A stretch of 64,000 nt of DNA from Octopus sinensis (lineage: Eukaryota). Positions 54,946 to 64,000 of the stretch are shown here, one piece after another. The translations under genes were made by a program, and so were the position numbers. The notes below the pieces were generated by a model that saw only the letters and a list, made by a program, of their open reading frames with translations, did no database searches and was not told where the DNA came from. The stretch lies in the NCBI RefSeq assembly GCF_006345805.1, contig NC_043008.1, forward strand, positions 44,268,001 through 44,332,000, given 5' to 3'. The number at the start of each line of letters is the position of its first letter. Position 1 is the first letter of the stretch.

Positions 54946-56542
54946 TGGAGGGGGGTAATAAATATTCGTACATGTCAAAATACTTTATTTATTAAATTTC
55001 TAATGAACATAAGTGGGATATACCAACACTATATTTGCATACACATGTATATATTAAGAATATACAAAAAGAACTAATAAATTATAGTAACTAAGGAATT
55101 TATATTCAATTATAAATATTTAGGGGTCAAAAAAGTATTCGTACACAACATAAATAACTGATAATTCTGATTTAATACTTCGAGGCATAACCATTATTCA
55201 TTTCCACTTCACCCAATCTCTTCTTGTAGTTCTTAATCAACGACTCGCATGTCTCTTTAGGAATTTTTTTCCCATTCTTCTTGACAAATTTTCTTCAAAT
55301 CTGCAATGCATGTTGGGGCTCTTGAATGAATTTTAATTTTCAAATAACGCTACAAATTTTCAATGGGGTTCATGTCAGGTGACAGGCTTGGCCATTCTAA
55401 TAATTTTATATTGTGATCGACAAACCAAATGTTGGTAGACTTCGCCGTGTGCATAGGGTCGTTATCCTGTTGTAACACCCACCTTCACAAAGCTGGAGCT
55501 TTTCTACAGAGTCCCATAAATTATTGTTCAAAATATGTTGGTACATCTTTACATTCATTCTACCATCTATCACATGTAAATTGCCAGTACCCCAACACCA
55601 TGATGTTGCCACCTCCAAACTTTACGGTAGGAATTGTGTCTTTCGGCAAATAGGCGATACCATCTTTCCTCCAAACATGGCTATGCGAACTTCGTCCAAA
55701 CAATTCAATTTTCAACTCATCTGTCCACAGAACATTTTCCCAGAATCTCTCAAATTTATCTTTATGTTCATAAACAAATTTTAAACGGGCATCTCTATGC
55801 CTTTTATTCAACAGTGGCGGTTTTCTAGGAGAGCGTGACTTCAGTTCATTTCTATGAAGTCCATTGCTGATTGTTCGTAGTGTAACACTAGTCCCTGAAG
55901 CTAACAAATCTTCTTGCAACTCCTTTCTGGTAATCATTGGGTTTTTTGTTTCGATTCTTCGCTTCATTTTTCTTAATGATCTAGGGGAAATCTTGCATGG
56001 TGCACTAGATCTTATTCTGTTTTCAACAGTTCCCCGATTTTTTATATCTTTGAATAAATGAAGATATGGTAGAAAATGGAATACAAAGGGTCTCTGATAT
56101 TTTCCTGTAACTTTTACCTCTTTTCCAATGTTCAATAATTAAGTTTTTCACTGAATTTGTGAGTTCTTTACTTTTCGTCATTATTACGACACTACTTTAT
56201 GTTGTCTCAGTGCTGAATGAAGAAGCTAGCGTTTTGACACTTAAAAATGACAACTGATAAGATTATTGGAACAAACGAGAAAGTTCTAGTTAAAAAAAAT
56301 TATTTTAACAGTATTTTGTGGCATAGAAAATCATAAATTTATTTTGTACGAATACTTTTTCACCCCTAAATATTTATAATTGTATATAAATTCATTAGTT
56401 ACTATAATCATTAGTTTCATTTTCATATTCTTCAATTATTCATGTGTATGCAAATATAGTATTGGTATATCCCATTTATGATCATTAGAAATTAAATAAA
56501 TAAAGAATTTTGACATTTACAAATATTTATTTCCCCCCACTG
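54943..56542 (-). mobile_element. Full-length Tc1-family (DD34E) transposon, 1.6 kb, ~200-bp TIRs, inserted in (TA)n
   Basis: Ends ta|cagtggaggggg and ccccccactg|ta; long imperfect TIRs 54943-55145 / 56345-56542. Confidence 0.92.
55172..56181 (-). pseudogene. Tc1 transposase (~335 aa) with frameshifts
   Basis: MTKSKELT..HTH; LWTDE; [21 protein letters not shown] (34 residues between D and E); ends GYASKY*. Frameshifts at ~56040, ~55595 and ~55480. Confidence 0.88.
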
Positions 56543-56559
56543 TATATATATATATATAT

Positions 56560-56780
56560 CAAGTTAATCCAAACATGAAAACACGAAGAGAAAACACAAC
56601 AATGCGAGGACGTGGAACAAGTATAGTATTATTGGACGTTCAGGAAAGGAAACAAAGAAGGAGGATGTAACGTTTCGAGCGGAGATCTTCGTCAGAAACA
56701 TAGGAAAAGGAAAGATCCAAGGAAGGGAAGACGGAGGGGAAATATCACCAACGATACAGACGCTGTCACATATTGAAATA
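56560..56780 (-). mobile_element. Penelope-pLTR-like fragment with a minimal hammerhead-like motif (56663-56703)
   Basis: rc CTGACGA-A-GATC-tcc-GCTC-GAA-ACGT-T; related to the 53057 motif; stems I and II imperfect. Confidence 0.45.
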
Positions 56781-57358
56781 TATATATATATATATATATA
56801 TAATTTACTTTCATGTTTGTTATTTTATAATTACTGGTATACTTATATATTTATATATTACTATTTTTTATATCTTATATGTAAAGGAGAATATTATGTA
56901 TGGGTAACTTCTGGTCTTCCACAAACAACCTTGCCCGGACTTGTGCCTGGGAGGGTAACTTTCGAGGTGCAATACCATTCATGCAATACCATGTATGACT
57001 GAAGCTGCTCTTTACCCATTTTTTACATATATAAATGTTACTTATATCCAAAGAAATTCCTTTTATTTCCTCCGAGGTGATTTAGTTTTCCGAATAAATG
57101 AAAGCTTTTGAAATACAAATAAGATCAACTTGGATTTTTAAAAAAATATTGGTGGTTGTATTGATGTATGTTTAAGAAACTCGTTTTGCGGTGCAGTCGT
57201 TTTGGATCCAGCCCCATTGCACAACACCCACGGCCAAATATCTTCTACTTAAGCGACAAGTGACCTCTGAGAGGTTTCAGTAGAAGTTGACGGAAACTGT
57301 ACGAAAATACGTCCTATATATGTGTGTGTGTGTGATTTTGTATATATATATATATATA

Positions 57359-57397
<39 letters not shown>

Positions 57398-57720
57398 ATA
57401 ACCAATTGTTTTAAATTTGTGGATTCTATTTACCATGACACTCGAAGAGGTTTTTATTGTGAGGAGAAATATGAGTGATGTAATCGCTTTATAGCGGGTT
57501 TGGTTGCTTTGTTTAACATCAGAGGGTTTTGAAACCCACTTAGTTATAATTCTGACTTGTTCATAATTATAAACGTTTTTCTCCTTTATAGTATATGATA
57601 ACATGTTTGGTCATTGATGTATTCATAAATAGTCTTAATTATTTATTCGTAATGTTTTTATATTATTCTCTGCTTATTTATATATATATATATATATACA
57701 TATATATATAAATAAGCAGA

Positions 57721-57757
<37 letters not shown>

Positions 57758-57769
57758 TATGTATAGACA

Positions 57770-58160
57770 TATATAGAAAGAAGTGTGAGGCGTACAAGTG
57801 AACTTGCCGTGAGGAGTAGAATATCCAACGTTTCGGATGCAATTCTTCGTCAGGAGGTAGGGAAAAAGAGGAGTTGAAGAAGGACAGAGTTTGACATCCT
57901 CACACCTTGAAAAACTGACTGCAACTGATTATGAACGCAGAATATCACGTAAAACAGAAATTACAAGAGAGGGTGGCGTTCAAAACGAAGGAGGAAAAGG
58001 GTGATGAAGAGAGTAGAGGAATATATGCACATATGTTTGCACGCTTTTGTGTCAAACTCCTCTTCAAAACCATTGTTTTTTTGTTTATCTCGCCGTAACT
58101 TCGGTAACTGAGAGCGATGGAAATCACGCCATTTGAAATGATATCCCGACAGGGCATATT
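57770..58160 (-). mobile_element. Penelope-pLTR-like fragment with a degenerate hammerhead core (57821-57860)
   Basis: rc cCTGACGAagaattgcatccGAAACGTTgg. Segment 57935-58085 is copied inverted at 58915-59070. Confidence 0.4.
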
Positions 58161-58500
58161 TCAGATCTTCTGTCTTTATAAGCTATTTCTTATTTCTTAT
58201 TTTTGGCAAATGAATCACAACTTAAATGTTATGAATCAATAGGTATAATTTGGGAGGAATATTTACCCGTTTTACAAAGATATTCATGTCTTTCCGATGC
58301 TTGCATTTACGTTAATAGAACAAGACAAGAGTGGTGGGTGATGCATGAAAATGAAAGTGAAAGAAGAATCATGCTGAAACATATATATAAAAAAAAAGCG
58401 GAAAGGTAAGGCAAGAAAATATGAAAAAAATACTGCAAGAGTGGTAAGATATTTGAAAGAAACCTATAAACTGCTAGCTTCACCGACCTAGTGACCTTTC

Positions 58501-58531
<31 letters not shown>

Positions 58532-58627
58532 CAACAATTGAGGGTAAAATTAATTAATTAATCAATTTCACCAAGTGTTCAGTATGTAAAAGGACCATTT
58601 AAGGTGAATTCAAAATATTACATTACA

Positions 58628-59440
58628 TTATATAATTAGGGCTTAGTAAAATAAGTTACTTTGCCACATACTGAACTTAGTAGAAATAGCAGCAAAAAAG
58701 TTTTTTCTTAACATTTCTACTACTTAAAGAAAATCTCTCTCAGATAATGTTTACTCCAGACAGCTCACGAAGGTTTGGGGGTAAATACAGAAAAATATCA
58801 CAAGTACATAGATCGTTTGAGTACGTCAACGTTTCAAGATTAGCCAAATAAAATCAGCATTTCTTTCGTCAGCTCAAAATTTCTTAATTTGGATTAATCC
58901 AAATTAAGAAATTTTGAGATAAACAAAAAACAATGGTTTTGAAGAGGAGTTTGACACAAAAGCGTGTAAACATATGTGCATATATTCCTCTACTCTCTTC
59001 ATCTCCCTTTTCCTCCTTCGTTTTGAACGCCACCCTCTCTTGCAATTTCTGTTTTACGTGATATTCTGCGTCCACGTTTCAAGATTAGCCAAATAAAATC
59101 AGCATTTCTTTCGTCAGCTCAAAATTTCTTAATTTGGATTAATCCAAATTAAGAAATTTTGAGCTGACGAAAATCCAAATTAAGAAATTTTGAGCTGACG
59201 AAAGAAATGCTGATTTTATTTGGCTAATCTTGAAACGTTGACGTACTCAAACGATCTATGTACTTGTGATATTTTTCTGTATTTACCCCCAAACCTTCGT
59301 GAGCTGTCTGGAGTAAACATTATCTGAGAGAGATTTTCTTTAAGTAGTAGAAATGCTAAGAAAAATTTTTTTGGCTGCTATTTCTACTAAGTTCAGTATG
59401 TGGCAAAGTAATTTATTTTACTAAGCCCTAATTATATAAT
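58628..59440. repeat. Inverted pair of a ~270-bp hammerhead-bearing element with internal perfect palindromes
   Basis: 58628-58895 is the reverse complement of ~59172-59440. Perfect 46-bp (58873-58918) and 64-bp (59109-59172) palindromes. Confidence 0.88.
59189..59251 (+). ncRNA. Type-I hammerhead ribozyme motif (minus-strand twin at 58816-58878)
   Basis: TTTGAG-CTGACGA-AAGA-(22 nt)-TCTT-GAA-ACGT-tg-ACGT-A(59245)-CTCAAA: all three stems perfectly paired, GUA triplet. Confidence 0.75.
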
Positions 59441-59582
59441 ATAATATATATTATATATATATATATATATATGCAAGAACATTATATTTATATATGCACC
59501 TACACATATGCATACACATACACACACACACAAACATATATATATATATATGCATCCATTTATCCATCCATCCATATATCTT

Positions 59583-59616
<34 letters not shown>

Positions 59617-59869
59617 ATATATATATATGAGAGTGTGCATAGGTCTATGTACATGCACGTCCACGTATGGGTACATGCGTCGATATAAGGGCCCTGGTCA
59701 TGCAAACAGGCTCTTAGAGTAATGCGCTGCAGATAAATACTGGTAATCATAGAAACGTCTATGCACACAGAAATTAATGAATATACATATGAAAAGATAT
59801 TAATTAACGAAAATTTAATGAAGATACTGCCGTTTAAATACTCAAGTGAAGCTCCTTATATACAAGCGC

Positions 59870-59906
<37 letters not shown>

Positions 59907-59981
59907 AGCATATAAATTTATAAGTGTACATATACATAAAGATATAAGTTTATAACTTTATAAGATATATATCAATATCTA

Positions 59982-60044
<63 letters not shown>

Positions 60045-60045
60045 G

Positions 60046-60088
<43 letters not shown>

Positions 60089-60622
60089 GTAGTGTTCATA
60101 ATTTTCCACTTCAAAATGTATTCCATATAATCAGTAAAAACGTAAATAGACAATAACCAATCCTACATTGAAGAGAAAAATATAATTAAGAAAAAACATT
60201 TTCTGTGAATGTAAACAATATTAATTGACGAAAAAACCCAGTAAAGTCAAGAATTATCTTAATTGTGTTATAATTAAAATATTGATGGAAATAAAAAATA
60301 GAAGTCATTGCAATTCTTTTTATAGACTATTTCTTATTTGTGAAAATTAATTTATTATTTTTTTCATTATCAATACTATTTTAACTTTTTCACGGCAATT
60401 ATTAACAAAGAATGTTTGTAGAACCAAAAGAAGATTGGATAGCAAGCGGAGAATAGTTTGATAAATGGCGGTACTATTCTGCAGCTTCCTTTCTATCCAT
60501 ACGTAGACATGTATGTACATAGACCTATACACACTCTCATATATATATATATATACCGGAGTAAACACATAAATGTGAAACAAGGTGGAAAAAAGAGTAC
60601 TTAAATACCAGTGGTAGAGTAA

Positions 60623-60792
60623 TATGCTTTATTTAAAGCAGCAGAAAATTCAACAAAATCTGTTACTCTGAGTTTCTGGTTGCCGTTCATCAGACAGTTT
60701 TATATATATATTCTAGCAAAAACTGTCTGATGAACGGCAACGAGAAACTCAGAGTAACAGATTTTGTTGAATTTTCTGCTGCTTTAACTAAA

Positions 60793-60797
<5 letters not shown>
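60623..60797. repeat. Inverted pair (~75-bp arms) each with a hammerhead motif (60660-60697 minus; 60723-60760 plus)
   Basis: CTGT-CTGATGA-acggcaac(c/g)a-GAA-ACTC-a-GAGT-A-ACAG; arms separated by a short TA-rich spacer. Confidence 0.7.
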
Positions 60798-60828
<31 letters not shown>

Positions 60829-60889
60829 GAATATTCGAATATGGGGTGCCATAATTTTTGCGTCGTTTTATTGAACGTGTGTTAATGTG

Positions 60890-61300
60890 GTGGTCGGGCA
60901 AAATCGGTAGCACGCCGGGCAAATGTTTAGCAGCATTTCCGGTGTCTTTATGTTCAGGGTTCAAATTCCGTTGACGTTGACTTTGCCTTTCGTCCTTTCG
61001 GGGTCAATAAATTAAGTACCAGTTACGCACTGAGGTCGATATAATAGACTTAATCCGTCCGTCTGTCTTTGTTTGTCTACTTGGTGTTTCGCTCCTTGTG
61101 GGTAGTAAGAAATATGTATTTCGTACGTCTTTACGTTCTGAGTTTAAATTCCACCGCGGTTGACTTTGCCTTTCATCTTTTCGGGGTCGATTAAATAAGT
61201 ACCAGTTACGCAATGGGGTCCCTGTAATCGATTTAATCCCTTTGTCTGTCCTTGTTTATTCCCTCTGTGTTTAGCCTCCTGTGGGCAACAAACAAATAAA
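60890..61300 (+). mobile_element. Dimeric tRNA-derived SINE
   Basis: Two tandem copies of gttcaaattcc..gactttgcctttc..gtcgat..gtaccagttacgca. Confidence 0.8.
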
Positions 61301-61310
61301 TATGATTATG

Positions 61311-61905
61311 TATTGGGTTGGCAACTAAGTTCCAGCCGTTATTAAAATTTTAATTTTTTAAAAGGTTTAATAAAAAAATAACTAATTAATCAATAATGTA
61401 TTCACCCTTGTTGTTTAAAACTCCTTCCCATTCGACTCGAAAAATTGATCCAACCAAGCTCTCAATTCTACATCAGTATTGAACGAAACTCCGCGCATAG
61501 CATTTCAAAGAGATCGAAAGAGGTGGAAATCCGTTGGGGCCAAATCGGGAGAGTACGGTAGGTGAGGCAGCATTTCCCAGCCATGCGTTTGAATGGCTTC
61601 CTTGGTCATATTGGCGATATGAGGACGGGCGTTGTTGTGCAGCAGAACTTCATGCTGACGATTAGGTCTTTTCTCTTGAATAGACGTGTTGAGTTGAACA
61701 AAGAGTTCTGCGTTGACCGTTTGGTTCCGTTCAAGCAATTCTTAATGGATAATCCCTTCCCACTCCCACCATACGCCCAACATCGTTTTACGCGGATGAA
61801 GATCTTGCTTCACGCACGGTATCGCCTGTTACCGGTGCTAAGCCATTCCTTACGCTGCTTCATATTGATGGACAGGCACCATTTTTCGTTGCCAGTAACG
61901 ATTTA
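61311..61905 (-). mobile_element. Mariner (DD34D-type) 3' half with one TIR
   Basis: RIVTGNEKW, LLHNNARPH and HLPYSPDLAPTDFHLFRSL; TIR tattgggttggcaactaag at 61311. Confidence 0.85.
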
Positions 61906-62884
61906 AAACATTAAAACGTTAAAGATGTGACCGTACCGTTACATATCATACAATAAATTATTTTGCGGACCACATAAATCACATTATCTCCTTAAGGAGT
62001 TGCTTAATGTAGGTATTTAGTTGATATTACTGAGAGATCAAGCAATAATATCGCGGGCTTTTGGTTCACACTTAGTGAAAAGCATATATATTGGGTGTCA
62101 ATCGTGATAGATATTACGCCAATGCCTCTCTTTTAGCAGAGAGAGTTTTCAGGTGATTAAAATCTGTAGGTAAAACGACGAATTATTATCGCGACTACGC
62201 TGAGATCTGAAACCGATATCTATAGAGAAACATCGTTAAATATTGTTCATATGCAACTTTACTTCCTCATGCCTCATACCCAATAATTATGCATCCGAAT
62301 AAATTAAATATTACATATAGAATTTCCGAAACCATCATTAAATTGACTTTATGCAGGTGAATTAGTCAGCGATTTATTTCAATTTATATATTGTCTGAGT
62401 AGGCAGTAAGATCTAATGCACGATTTTAAGCTAATGGACAAAGAGGTTTAACAGAGATTCATATATCTAATGGAGTATTTCGCCAGAAGGAGAGGTCATA
62501 CTCTGTTATGCATTAACAAAATGTACAGCTTTATAACTAGCTTTATCTACTTCGTGCCTTTTACATGTAGCAACTCGTATTTGCACAGAACAAACGTATC
62601 CAAACTTTCCGCAAGTGACGAAGCTGAGAAACGAATCAGAAATTGTGAATGTATGCAAATATCGAAAACTCCCACATATATAGAGAAACACGAAAATATA
62701 CATTTACACACACACACACATACACACACACACACGTACAGCTTGTAGGTATATAATGTCACAACTGAACCATGTATACGTATAAGAAAATGCATAATAG
62801 GTATGTTTATAATTTAAGATTCTTTCTCTCTCTACCTCTCTCCCTCTCTATTTCTATACACATATACACACATATACATACCTA

Positions 62885-62963
<79 letters not shown>

Positions 62964-63068
62964 TATATACATATATATATATATACATACGTATATATAT
63001 TTATTATGTGAATTTATAAATATAATTATATATATATATTTATTTATTATGTGCATTTACAAATATAT

Positions 63069-63119
<51 letters not shown>

Positions 63120-63515
63120 AGAGAGAGAGAGAGAGAGATATAGAGATAGATAGATATATGCATGCGCATGCGTCTACATGTTTATAGTTTGAGAGTAGTG
63201 TTTCCTGTTAATATTTCAGCTATCGACCTTAGCAATAATGGAATATATAGAAATTCGAAGTTGACGTACCTTCTGGGTATCAATTGAAACAAAATCATGA
63301 GCAACAATGTTTTAAAGTATAAAGACATTATGAGATATGAATGGATGATAACGAATGAGACTTTATTCAAACTAGTAATGTAACGTTATGCAATTGTACT
63401 GATTTGATCGCAAACATTTCTGTGCATGACAATATGAATATATACACAAGCGCATCGATGTATGTATGTATGTGTGTGTGTGTCTGTGTATGTATGTATG
63501 GTATGTATATATATA

Positions 63516-63566
<51 letters not shown>

Positions 63567-63709
63567 TACATACATATATATAATATATATATATAATATA
63601 TATAATATATATAATATATATATATATATAATAACAAAATAATATATAAACATACGCATATATACATACATATATGAACATACCTACATCTATATGTATA
63701 TATACATGC

Positions 63710-63955
63710 ATATATGGGTACAGGACACAAAAAAACGTTGAACACAACGAGAAACGAAAACAGAAAAACAAAAATATGGAAACGGACTTTTTTTTTCAAA
63801 CAACGAAAAAGCAGAGTATAAGACATACAACACAAGGAATATTCCCTTTCTTCAGTTGTCCCTGTTTCGTCTACTACGCGTTCGAAAGCAAGGGCAAGAC
63901 GCGACTTAAATAAAATGTGAGATTTTTTGCGGAGGGGTAAAAGTGGTATTATGTG
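63710..63955. mobile_element. Penelope-pLTR-like repeat flanked by microsatellite
   Basis: Non-microsatellite island containing ttcttcag (rc CTGAAGAA followed by an AGG..CCT stem) but no complete hammerhead. Confidence 0.3.
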
Positions 63956-64000
63956 TCTATATGCATAAATGCATATGCATATGTATGTATGCATGTATGT

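Noticed and set aside
58203-58409. 68-aa ORF followed by gtaagg as a possible host exon
   Set aside because: In-frame stop just upstream, no good acceptor, no recognisable homology, and it sits among repeat fragments.

Overview
AT-rich, microsatellite-saturated, repeat-dominated metazoan DNA. The SINE families and overall texture point to an octopus/cephalopod genome (inference). I found no convincing host protein-coding gene; most listed ORFs are microsatellite translations. Recognisable content is decayed non-LTR retrotransposons (R4/Dong-like RLE, Tx1/L1-like, RTE-like), Tc1/mariner transposons including one full-length DD34E Tc1 copy (54943-56542), and many tRNA-derived SINEs. The main find is a ~9.85-kb quasi-palindromic block (15955-25800). 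Its core is a >99% homogeneous ~478-bp tandem array that flips orientation at 20691-20700. By manual folding, each complete unit carries a type-I hammerhead ribozyme motif (17 copies), which makes it retrozyme-like. The block is bracketed by inverted ~400-bp elements carrying a second, unrelated hammerhead. Further hammerhead motifs of other sequence types occur at 35.9/36.2, 53.1, 56.7, 57.8, 58.8/59.2 and 60.7 kb, usually beside (TA)n and several in inverted pairs. All ribozyme calls come from manual pairing, with no activity data, and the palindrome could be partly an assembly artefact.
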